From NCBI GenBank assembly GCA_029060755.1, contig JAIDTI010000089.1:1744-65743 (forward strand): DNA of 64,000 nt, written 5' to 3'. The notes beneath the pieces are model-generated. The model saw nothing but the letters and a program-made list of their open reading frames with translations. It made no database searches and was not told the DNA's origin. Source of the stretch: Ruminococcus sp. GTDB lineage: Bacteria > Bacillota > Clostridia > Oscillospirales > Ruminococcaceae. The translations under genes were made by a program, and so were the position numbers. Positions 19,091 through 27,773 of the stretch are shown in pieces; position 1 is the stretch's first letter, and each line of letters opens with the position of its first letter.

Positions 19091-19302
19091 TGATAATTGA
19101 CAGATTTGAGGGCGATTTTGCAGTAGTTGAAACAGACAGCGGAATGACAGATATTTCAAAAGAACTTCTGCCCGAAAATGCAGAAGAAGGCGATATTATT
19201 TTACTTACTGACAGCGGATATATCATAGATGAACAGGCAACAGCTGAAAGACGTAAATCCATTGCGGAGAGATTCAGCAGACTGAAAGGCGGTGCAAAGT
19301 GA
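19087..19302 (+). CDS. DUF3006-family small protein
   Basis: IIDRFEGDFAVVE...LP....EGD motif; commonly paired with the preceding MBL hydrolase. Confidence 0.85.
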   Translation: MMIIDRFEGDFAVVETDSGMTDISKELLPENAEEGDIILLTDSGYIIDEQATAERRKSIAERFSRLKGGAK

Positions 19303-20516
19303 CTGATACTATAATAGTTGGAGCAGGTGCATCAGGCTGTATGGCAGGAGTTTTTTCGGCAAGGTACGGCAAAAGCGTACTGATATTTGAGCCTAACGAA
19401 AAAATCGGCAGGAAATTAAGGATTACAGGCAAGGGAAGATGCAACGTAACCAATAATTCGCCTGTTGAGGAACACATGAAAAATATTCCTGTAAACAGCA
19501 GATTTATGTACAGTTCATTTTCAAACTTCGGTGCATCTGATACCATGACTTTTTTTGAGGAAATTGGTGTACCGCTTAAAACGGAGCGTGGAAACAGAGT
19601 TTTTCCCGTAAGTGATAAGGCAGAAGATATAGTTAACGCATTTGACAAGGAACTGAAAAAGCTGAATGTAAAAATAATACATAAGCGAGTTGAGTCGCTG
19701 ATTATAGAAAATGGTATATGTTGTGGAGTTATCGCACAGGGCAAGGAATACAGAAGCAACAGTGTGCTTATAGCTTGTGGTGGAAAGTCATATTCTGCAA
19801 CAGGTTCAACAGGTGACGGCTATACGCTTGCGGAGAGTGCAGGGCATACAGTAACAGAACTTAAGCCGAGCCTTGTCCCGATTGTTTCGGACGATAAATT
19901 CTGTAGTGAGTTAATGGGACTTTCTCTGCGTAATGTTACACTTAAGCTATATGACGGCGAAAAAGTAATATACAGTGAATTTGGCGAGATGCTTTTTACT
20001 CATTTCGGATTAAGCGGACCGCTTGTATTGAGTGCAAGCAGTCATATAAGACAAATGCAGAAAAACCGCTATAAATTCATGATTGACTTGAAACCTGCAC
20101 TTTCACCAGAACAGCTTGATACAAGAATACAGCGTGATTTTGCAGAAAATCTCAACAGAGACTTTGTAAATGGCATAAGAAAATTACTTCCGTCAAAGCT
20201 AATACCTGTTATTGTGAAAATATCAGGCATTTCACCTGAACGCAAGATAAACAGCATAACAAAAGAGGAACGCCGTAAATTCGGTGAACTTATAAAGGCG
20301 TTTCCTGTAAAAATATCGGGATTCAGACCGATTGATGAGGCAATTATAACAAGTGGAGGAATTTCTGTAAAGGAAATCAATCCAAAAACTATGGAATCAA
20401 AGCTTGTAAGCGGATTGTTTTTTGCAGGAGAAGTTATAGACGTTGACGCATATACAGGCGGATTTAATTTGCAGATTGCCTTTTCGACCGCATATTCAGC
20501 ATCATTATATCTATGA
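19299..20516 (+). CDS. HI0933/YhiN-family flavoprotein
   Basis: GAGASG, GRKLRITGKGRCNVTN, GEMLFTH.G.SGP and GGFNLQ.A motifs. Confidence 0.93.
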   Translation: MTDTIIVGAGASGCMAGVFSARYGKSVLIFEPNEKIGRKLRITGKGRCNVTNNSPVEEHMKNIPVNSRFMYSSFSNFGASDTMTFFEEIGVPLKTERGNRVFPVSDKAEDIVNAFDKELKKLNVKIIHKRVESLIIENGICCGVIAQGKEYRSNSVLIACGGKSYSATGSTGDGYTLAESAGHTVTELKPSLVPIVSDDKFCSELMGLSLRNVTLKLYDGEKVIYSEFGEMLFTHFGLSGPLVLSASSHIRQMQKNRYKFMIDLKPALSPEQLDTRIQRDFAENLNRDFVNGIRKLLPSKLIPVIVKISGISPERKINSITKEERRKFGELIKAFPVKISGFRPIDEAIITSGGISVKEINPKTMESKLVSGLFFAGEVIDVDAYTGGFNLQIAFSTAYSASLYL

Positions 20517-21037
20517 AAAAAGATTTTTCAAGAAAGTTATTCCGATATGTGTTTGAGTTTATAGTTGCAGGATTTATCGGCTGGATTTATGAAGTTGCAA
20601 CTATATGGATTATGTGGCATTATTTCGACAATAGGGGAATGTTGCATCTGCCGATAATTCCTATATATGCAGTAGGAGCATTTATTCTGCTTGCCATATT
20701 CAGAGAGAAAAAGCATAATCCGATTTTTGTGTTTCTGTTTTCATCTGTAATCACAACTATATTTGAGCTTGCTTCATCTTATCTTCTGGAGTTCATATTT
20801 CACAAGCAGTTCTGGACTTACAGAACGTGGTGGGGGTCGATTCTTGACCGTTCAAGTGTTATATCAAGTGCAATCTTCGGACTTTTTGCACTGATATATT
20901 TTTTCATACTGCACCCGATTTCCGGCAGATTAAGTGAAAAACTGCCGAAATGGGCTTGCACAGGATTCAGTATTATTGCTGTTGCAACAGTTCTGACAGA
21001 TTTAGTAATATCTGTTAATCAATTATTAGGAGGCTAA
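20513..21037 (+). CDS. Integral membrane protein, CmpB-like putative ABC permease family
   Basis: GFIGWIYE, RG.LHLP..PIY and FW.Y motifs; multiple TM segments. Confidence 0.75.
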   Translation: MKKDFSRKLFRYVFEFIVAGFIGWIYEVATIWIMWHYFDNRGMLHLPIIPIYAVGAFILLAIFREKKHNPIFVFLFSSVITTIFELASSYLLEFIFHKQFWTYRTWWGSILDRSSVISSAIFGLFALIYFFILHPISGRLSEKLPKWACTGFSIIAVATVLTDLVISVNQLLGG

Positions 21038-21041
21038 AAAA

Positions 21042-21701
21042 ATGAGTACAATTAATATTGCCATAGACGGACCGGCAGGAGCAGGAAAAAGCACTATTGC
21101 AAAAAAAGTTTCTGCTGAAATGGGATATATTTACGTTGATACAGGTGCATTATACCGTACAATTGCACTTTATATCACGGAAAACAATATATCTGATGAG
21201 GATATAGAGAAATCGCTTGAAAATGCAGAAGTATCACTTAAATTTATCGATGGTGTACAGCGAGTTTATTTAGGTGACAGAGATGTTTCGGATTTAATAC
21301 GAACACCTGAAATTTCCATGTCAGCATCAAGAACATCTGCAATTCCAGCTGTCAGAAAGCATCTTTTTGGCTTACAGCAGAAAATTGCACATGAAAATAA
21401 TGTAATAATGGACGGACGAGACATAGGAACAGTTGTTTTGCCAAATGCAGATGTAAAAATCTTTCTCACGGCATCTGCTGAAGAACGTGCAAACCGCCGA
21501 TTCAGAGAACTTTCTGAAAAGCCTAATTGTCCGGGCTATCAGGAAATACTTGACGATATAATCAAGAGAGATTATCAGGATATGAACAGAGCAACAGCAC
21601 CTCTTAAACAGGCAGAAGATGCGGTTCTTGTTGATTCCACAAGTCTTACATTGGAGGAGGTAGTTGAAAAAATCATAGAAATAGTGAGGGAAAAAATCTG
21701 A
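21042..21701 (+). CDS. cmk: Cytidylate kinase
   Basis: IAIDGPAGAGKST, DTGALYR, MDGRDIGT and RD..D motifs. Confidence 0.97.
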   Translation: MSTINIAIDGPAGAGKSTIAKKVSAEMGYIYVDTGALYRTIALYITENNISDEDIEKSLENAEVSLKFIDGVQRVYLGDRDVSDLIRTPEISMSASRTSAIPAVRKHLFGLQQKIAHENNVIMDGRDIGTVVLPNADVKIFLTASAEERANRRFRELSEKPNCPGYQEILDDIIKRDYQDMNRATAPLKQAEDAVLVDSTSLTLEEVVEKIIEIVREKI

Positions 21702-22333
21702 TGTATCGTGTGTATTACTTCTTTATAAAGCTTATTGTAAATATTGCTTTTACAATATCATTCAGATTTAAAGTTGAGGGCATGGAAAATATACCGAAAA
21801 ATGAAACATTTATTTATGTATCAAATCACAGGACAAATGCAGACCCTCCGCTTGTTTTATGCAGATGCAGAGGACTATTTGCAATTATGGCTAAAGAAGA
21901 ATTATTCAGAAACAAGCTGTTTGCGAAACTTATCCGTTCTCTTGGTGCATATCCTGTTTCACGTGGAAAAGGTGATACAACTGTAATTGATACAGCTTTA
22001 GAGAAACTTGAAAAAGGGTCTAATTTTTTGATTTTTCCAGAGGGTACACGTTCAAAAGACGGCAAAGTGCATAGAGGTCATTCAGGTGCAGCTGTAATTT
22101 CAGCAAGGTCGGGCAAAAGAATTATTCCTGTAGGTGTTGTTTTTGGTGACAAACTGAAATTTCGTACTAAAGTTACGGTTAAATATGGAAAACCGATTGA
22201 CCCGTCTGAATACATAGACGATTTTACAAATCCGAATCCACGACAGCTTGTAAAGCTTAAAAATCGCTATATGGACGAAATAAAACTGCTTGTTGAGGGT
22301 GAATCTGAAAGTAAGGAGAGCAGAAATGAGTAA
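21701..22333 (+). CDS. plsC: 1-acyl-sn-glycerol-3-phosphate acyltransferase
   Basis: NHRTNAD (HX4D) and IFPEGTRS motifs. Confidence 0.92.
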   Translation: MYRVYYFFIKLIVNIAFTISFRFKVEGMENIPKNETFIYVSNHRTNADPPLVLCRCRGLFAIMAKEELFRNKLFAKLIRSLGAYPVSRGKGDTTVIDTALEKLEKGSNFLIFPEGTRSKDGKVHRGHSGAAVISARSGKRIIPVGVVFGDKLKFRTKVTVKYGKPIDPSEYIDDFTNPNPRQLVKLKNRYMDEIKLLVEGESESKESRNE

Positions 22334-24275
22334 AGTTACTGTAGCAAAATCAGCGGGTTTTTGTTTTGGGGTTGACAGAGCCGTAAAAATGGTGTATAAT
22401 GAATTAGAGAAGAATACAAAGGTAGCTACTTTTGGTGAAATCATTCATAATCAGGACGTTGTGAATGATATGAAGTCAAAGGGTGCAAGGGTTGTTGAAT
22501 CGGTTGACGAACTCTTGGACGGTGAAACAGTTGTAATCCGTTCTCATGGTGTAGGAAAAGAGATATACAGACAGATAGCTGAAAAGGGAAATGTTATGCT
22601 TGATGCAACTTGTCCATTTGTCTCAAAAATTCATAAAATTGTTGAGGAAAAAACAAAAGAGGGATATTTTATTCTTATTGCAGGCGATTTGAATCACCCA
22701 GAAGTACAAGGCATCATTGGACATTGTAAACAAAATTTTCTTGTTTTCAAGGATAATTTTGAACTAAAACACGTTTTTGAGGAAAATGAAAAAATTTTTC
22801 AAAAAAAGCTTGCATTTGTTGCCCAAACGACTTATAATATAATAGAATGGCACAGTTGTTTAAAGATGATTCCTGAAGATGCTTCTGATATAGTTATATT
22901 CGATACAATATGTAATGCAACCGATACAAGACAATCAGATGCGGCTGAACTTGCTAAGAGTTCTGATGTTATGCTTGTTGTGGGTGGAAAGCACAGTTCA
23001 AACACCGTGAAACTTTATGAGGTGTGCAGTCGCTATTGCAGAACATATCATATAGAAAATTCAGAAGAACTTTCATCTTTGAAGTTGCCTTATGCTGAAA
23101 GAATCGGCATAACAGCCGGAGCGTCAACACCGGCATATATAATCAAGGAGGTACAAACCACAATGACAGACAATGTAAATCTTAATGAAAATCAGGACGA
23201 AAATGTCAATTTTGCAGAGCTTGTTGACCAGTCGTTCAAAAAAATACATACGAGAGAGAGAGTTAAGGGAATTGTAATGAGCATTGACAATGCTGAAATT
23301 ACTGTTGACCTTGGAATCAAGCAGACAGGCTATGTTAAGCTTGAAGAACTTACTGACGATGCTACAAAGAAACCATCAGATATTGTAAGTGTAGGCGACG
23401 AAATTGAACTTATTGTTATAAAGGTAAATGACGGTGATGGCACAGTTGCTCTTTCAAAGAAAATGCTTGATGAGCAAGCTGGATATGACAAGATTGTCAA
23501 GGCTAAAGAAGAAGGTACAGTTCTTGAAGGTAAAATCAGCCGTATTGTGAATAAGGGCGTTACTCTTAACTATTTCGGCGTAAGAGTATTTATCCCTGCA
23601 TCTCTCACAGGTCTTTCAAAAGATGCAGACCTTGAACAGCTTAGCGGAAAGAAAGTTGAGTTCAAGATTATTGAAGTTGACGAGAACGGCAAAAAGAGAG
23701 CTGTTGGCTCAATCAAGGCTGCTGAATTTGCAAAGAAAGAAGCTGCTAAAGCTTTATTCTGGGAAAATGCAGAAGTTGGCAAGAGATACACTGGAAAAGT
23801 TAAGTCTCTCACAAGTTTCGGCGCATTTGTTGACCTTGGCGGAATTGATGGTATGGTTCATATTTCTGAACTTTCATGGAAAAGAATCAAGAATCCAAAT
23901 GAAGTTGTAAGTGTTGGCGATACAATCGAAGTTTACATCAAGGAACTTAATGCAGAGACAAACAGAATTTCTCTTGGTTACAAGAATCCTGACGAAAATC
24001 CATGGGAATTATTCAATACAAAGTATAATATAGGTGATGTTGTTGAGGCAACAATTGTTTCTATTACAAACTTTGGTGCATTTGCTCAGATTATCGACGG
24101 AATTGACGGTCTTATCCATATTTCACAGATTGCTGACAAAAAAGTTGATAATGTAAGAGACGTTCTTGCTATCGGTGATGTTGTTAATGCTAAGATTATT
24201 GACATTGATTCAGAGAAAAAGAGAATCAGCATTTCTATGCGTGCGCTTCTTGAGGAAGAAAACAACGCTGAATAA
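22326..24275 (+). CDS. ispH: Fused 4-hydroxy-3-methylbut-2-enyl diphosphate reductase / ribosomal protein S1
   Basis: GFCFGV, IRSHG, DATCP, TICNAT, SSNT and TAGASTP, followed by four S1 domains; ATG at 22326 with AAGGAG RBS. Confidence 0.95.
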   Translation: MSKVTVAKSAGFCFGVDRAVKMVYNELEKNTKVATFGEIIHNQDVVNDMKSKGARVVESVDELLDGETVVIRSHGVGKEIYRQIAEKGNVMLDATCPFVSKIHKIVEEKTKEGYFILIAGDLNHPEVQGIIGHCKQNFLVFKDNFELKHVFEENEKIFQKKLAFVAQTTYNIIEWHSCLKMIPEDASDIVIFDTICNATDTRQSDAAELAKSSDVMLVVGGKHSSNTVKLYEVCSRYCRTYHIENSEELSSLKLPYAERIGITAGASTPAYIIKEVQTTMTDNVNLNENQDENVNFAELVDQSFKKIHTRERVKGIVMSIDNAEITVDLGIKQTGYVKLEELTDDATKKPSDIVSVGDEIELIVIKVNDGDGTVALSKKMLDEQAGYDKIVKAKEEGTVLEGKISRIVNKGVTLNYFGVRVFIPASLTGLSKDADLEQLSGKKVEFKIIEVDENGKKRAVGSIKAAEFAKKEAAKALFWENAEVGKRYTGKVKSLTSFGAFVDLGGIDGMVHISELSWKRIKNPNEVVSVGDTIEVYIKELNAETNRISLGYKNPDENPWELFNTKYNIGDVVEATIVSITNFGAFAQIIDGIDGLIHISQIADKKVDNVRDVLAIGDVVNAKIIDIDSEKKRISISMRALLEEENNAE

Positions 24276-24288
24276 TTTGCCAGAAAAT

Positions 24289-24319
24289 AAAAGGCTGTAC
24301 CTTTTTGGTATAGCCTTTT
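24289..24319 (+). terminator. Intrinsic terminator after ispH-rpsA
   Basis: AAAAGGCTGTACC / GGTATAGCCTTTT stem followed by a T tract. Confidence 0.8.
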
Positions 24320-24339
24320 TGTTTAAGAGGTGACAGAAT

Positions 24340-25062
24340 GTGAATGAGGATAACTACAATAAATCGCCGTCAACAAGTACAATATGTCTCATAGCTTTTT
24401 CAACATTTATTATTACAATAATCATGTACTCTTTTATTTCAAGTGATGCAGTTGAGCCGAAAAAAGAAAGAATACCTGATAAAATTTCATTTTCCACAAC
24501 TGAATCTGCTAAAACAACATCAACTGAAACATATTACAATGGCTGGGACGATAATATATCAAAGCCAGTTAATAATGACAGCACATATTATCCGGAGAAC
24601 TATTATAATATCGGAAATGATATTCCTGAAGGATACTATATACTTATTTATAATGAAAATATTGATACCTATGGAGATGCAAACTTTACAATTTATGGAA
24701 CTCCCGACGGCAATGATTTTTCGGGAAGTTTTCAGAACTCTGCATTTATAAAGCTGGAGGGTCATGGCTATATTGCTATGTCATTTTGTGATGCTTACCC
24801 GCTTGAAACGTTCAGCGGTGAAAACAATCCATTTGAAAAAAGCGGAATGTTCAGAGTTGGCATTGATGTTGATGAGGGTACTTACAGAATAGTTCCGTTA
24901 TATGACAGTCTGCCGACTTTATGGACTGTTCACAAGGATATTGATAGTATTGATTATGATTCATGCTACACCGATTATCATGAAGATGATGATATGGAAG
25001 TTACTTTGCATGAGGGCGAAATTTTACAGACACAATTTTGTGTGATTGAAAAAACTTCTTGA
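24340..25062 (+). CDS. Membrane-anchored hypothetical protein with two G.D[I/V]..G.Y repeats
   Basis: One N-terminal TM and a Thr-rich linker, then YNIGNDIPEGYY and FRVGIDVDEGTY repeats. Confidence 0.7.
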   Translation: MNEDNYNKSPSTSTICLIAFSTFIITIIMYSFISSDAVEPKKERIPDKISFSTTESAKTTSTETYYNGWDDNISKPVNNDSTYYPENYYNIGNDIPEGYYILIYNENIDTYGDANFTIYGTPDGNDFSGSFQNSAFIKLEGHGYIAMSFCDAYPLETFSGENNPFEKSGMFRVGIDVDEGTYRIVPLYDSLPTLWTVHKDIDSIDYDSCYTDYHEDDDMEVTLHEGEILQTQFCVIEKTS

Positions 25063-25087
25063 CAAATTCAGTTAAATGATGTATATT
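25059..25087 (+). promoter_or_regulatory. Sigma-A promoter of the GH9-CBM3c gene
   Basis: TTGACA-N17-TATATT. Confidence 0.65.
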
Positions 25088-25136
25088 AGAATTATAAAGG
25101 TATATTTATATCGAAACAGAGAGGGGTAATTTAATT

Positions 25137-27491
25137 ATGAAGTTAAAAAAGTTTACAGCGGTATTGTCTGCAATTGCAATGTCCGCAAGTATGCTCAGTA
25201 CAGTTCCTTTTGCAAATGCAGCCGAAAGCGACTACAATTATGCAGAAGCACTTCAGAAGTCCATGTTTTTCTATGAAGTTCAGCAGGCAGGTATTTTACC
25301 TGAATGGAACTCTGTTCCATGGCGTGCTGATTCTATGGTGGACGAAAGTGGTAAAGAAACTGATGTAGTTCCTGGAGGCTGGTTTGATGCAGGTGACCAT
25401 TTTAAATTTGCACTCACAAATGCTTACAGTGCATCAATTATGGCATGGGGATATATCCAGTATAAAGATGCTGTTGACAAAACCGGTCTTGGCGAAAGTT
25501 ACAGAAATAACATACAGTGGGCTATGGACTTTGTTCTGGGTTGTGACCGTGATGATAAAATAATCGGTACTATCGGCGACTTTACAGGCGGTTCAACCGA
25601 CCACAATATCTGGTGCAGTGCTGAAGTTTATCTCAGAAAACATCATCTTAACAATGATGACTGGGAACGTCCGTATGATGAAATCGAAAATGCGTCAGTA
25701 GAAGCACTTGCAGCCGCATGCCTTGCTGAAGGTTACATTATCTTCAAGGACGAACAGCCTGAAAAAGCTGCTGAATATCTTGAACACGCAAAAAGTCTTT
25801 TTGAAACTGCTGACAAGACAAGAGATTGCAAAGATATTGGTGGTATGACAGGTATGTACAATACATCGTCATGGCTTGATGACTGTATGTATGCTGCTAA
25901 CTGGCTTTATATAGCTACTGGTGAACAGAAGTATCTTGATATTTGTGAAAGTGATTATATTCCAAATTTTCCAACCGAAAATCAGTCAACTGACCGCAAG
26001 TATACATGGGGACTTTGCTGGGACGATACTTCTCAGGCTGCCGCTTTGCTTTATGCTCAGAATACAGGTAAAAAAGAATGGGTTGACCATGTTTCACGCC
26101 ATTTGAAATACTGGATGGGTGAGGATTCAAAGCCATTTGAGGGAAAAATCACTCCCAAAGGTCTTTCATGGCTTATGCAATGGGGCTGCCTCCGTCATGC
26201 CACAAATACTGCTTGGATTGCAAAACTTGCAAGTGATACGATTTTCAAGGATGATGCAGCTCTTGCAGCTAAGTATGATAAATGGGCAGACAGTCAGATG
26301 AATTATTGTTTTGGTGATAATGAAGAAAATCTCAGCTATGTACTTGGAATGGGTGAAAAATCTCCCTCAGCCATTCACCACAGAACAGCTTCGGGTATTC
26401 ATGATGACCACTGGAATGAACTCGGTCAGGAAGAAGAAAGTACAGAGGGTTGGCAGACTGAATATGCACATACTCTTTATGGTGCGCTCATAGGCGGTCC
26501 TGATAGTGATGGAAGTTACGGAAATTATAAAGTTTCGGACTTTCAGTATACGGAAGTTGCTGTTGACTATAATGCAGGCTACACTGCTGCTCTTTGTGCT
26601 ATGATAGATGATTATGGTGGAAAGACTCTTGCTGATTTCCCACCAACAGAAACTCCGAAGTGGGCAGAATGGGAAATTGCCGCAGTTCTTAACGGTTCAG
26701 GCGATAGCTATACTGAAATCAAGGCATGGGCAATGAATCACACAGCATGGCCTACAAGAGTAGCAGAGAATATCAAATACAGATATTATTTTGATATTTC
26801 TGAACTCAAATCGGCTGGTCTTTCAGTGGATAATATTGAAATCAAGAGCAATTCACAGCAGTATCAGGAGGGAGAGCAGGGTTATGCAACTGTTGAAGGT
26901 CCATTCTTGTATGAGGGTGACTCATCAGGCAATACTTACTATGCTGAAATAAAATTTGCAGACGGCAGAGCAATTCAGCCGACTGGTCAGAGTGAACACC
27001 GTGACGAAGTACAGTTCAGAATCTCAATCCCTGATGCTATCGACGGACAGTCTACAAAAGGTGCGTGGGACCCATCAAATGACTGGTCATACAAAGGTGT
27101 TGAAGATGCAACAGACCTCAAGAAGCCTGATTCTCTCAATGAATACATTACAATGTATGTAGATGATGTTCTTGTATGGGGTACAGAACCTGACGGCACA
27201 ACTCCTAACCTCTCACAGCCTGCTACAAAGCCCACAACACCATTAACATCATCAACAACAGGCGGTGACAGCAAAACTCTCTATGGTGATGCAAACTGCG
27301 ATAATGAAGTAAATATTGCTGATGCTACAGCTATTATTCAGGCTCTCGGAAACAAGGATAAATATGGTCTTTCTGAACAAGGTGCAATTAATGCTGATAT
27401 TGACGGCGAAGAGGGTGTAACAGGCGCAGATGCATTAGTGCTTATGCAGCTTGAAGCAGGCATGATTACTGAAATTCCGATTAAAAAATAA
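25137..27491 (+). CDS. Cellulosomal endoglucanase: GH9 - CBM3c - Thr linker - dockerin
   Basis: Signal peptide, NYAEALQKS..FYE, GGWFDAGDH, HHRTA, TEVAVDYNAG; CBM3-like KYRYYFDISE and EVQFRI; dockerin GDANCD from 27285. Confidence 0.93.
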   Translation: MKLKKFTAVLSAIAMSASMLSTVPFANAAESDYNYAEALQKSMFFYEVQQAGILPEWNSVPWRADSMVDESGKETDVVPGGWFDAGDHFKFALTNAYSASIMAWGYIQYKDAVDKTGLGESYRNNIQWAMDFVLGCDRDDKIIGTIGDFTGGSTDHNIWCSAEVYLRKHHLNNDDWERPYDEIENASVEALAAACLAEGYIIFKDEQPEKAAEYLEHAKSLFETADKTRDCKDIGGMTGMYNTSSWLDDCMYAANWLYIATGEQKYLDICESDYIPNFPTENQSTDRKYTWGLCWDDTSQAAALLYAQNTGKKEWVDHVSRHLKYWMGEDSKPFEGKITPKGLSWLMQWGCLRHATNTAWIAKLASDTIFKDDAALAAKYDKWADSQMNYCFGDNEENLSYVLGMGEKSPSAIHHRTASGIHDDHWNELGQEEESTEGWQTEYAHTLYGALIGGPDSDGSYGNYKVSDFQYTEVAVDYNAGYTAALCAMIDDYGGKTLADFPPTETPKWAEWEIAAVLNGSGDSYTEIKAWAMNHTAWPTRVAENIKYRYYFDISELKSAGLSVDNIEIKSNSQQYQEGEQGYATVEGPFLYEGDSSGNTYYAEIKFADGRAIQPTGQSEHRDEVQFRISIPDAIDGQSTKGAWDPSNDWSYKGVEDATDLKKPDSLNEYITMYVDDVLVWGTEPDGTTPNLSQPATKPTTPLTSSTTGGDSKTLYGDANCDNEVNIADATAIIQALGNKDKYGLSEQGAINADIDGEEGVTGADALVLMQLEAGMITEIPIKK

Positions 27492-27510
27492 TTTATTCAT
27501 AATTTATTAA

Positions 27511-27534
27511 TAAAAGGAGCTTTCGCTTCCTTTA
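27511..27534 (+). terminator. Probable terminator of the GH9-CBM3c gene
   Basis: AAAGGAGC-TTTC-GCTTCCTTT imperfect stem, then a T-rich tract. Confidence 0.55.
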
Positions 27535-27612
27535 TTTATTTTGACAGACTTGTAAAAATACACAAAAAAATCGTGCAAATATTAGACAAATACACGAATT
27601 TTGGAAAAGCTA

Positions 27613-27641
27613 TTTACTTTTTTTTTATAATATAATATAAT
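27613..27641 (+). promoter_or_regulatory. Sigma-A promoter of the CBM4-GH9 gene
   Basis: TTTACT-N17-TATAAT, implying a leader of about 125 nt. Confidence 0.55.
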
Positions 27642-27773
27642 ATTGATAACGGGTGAAACAGGTGCAGTTCAAAAATGAACAAAACTCGTTATAAAAAACG
27701 TATATATTGTAATGTATGCACTGACATTGCATTATAAAAATCTTATATTTATATTTTTTGGGAGGGTATAAAA

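Noticed and set aside
22326-24275. IspH-ribosomal protein S1 fusion as a novelty
   Set aside because: This fusion is common and well known in Clostridia, in the same cmk-plsC context.
27667-27680. GTTC-N6-GAAC as a LexA box
   Set aside because: Orientation and spacing do not match the Firmicute GAAC-N4-GTTC box, and it precedes a cellulase.
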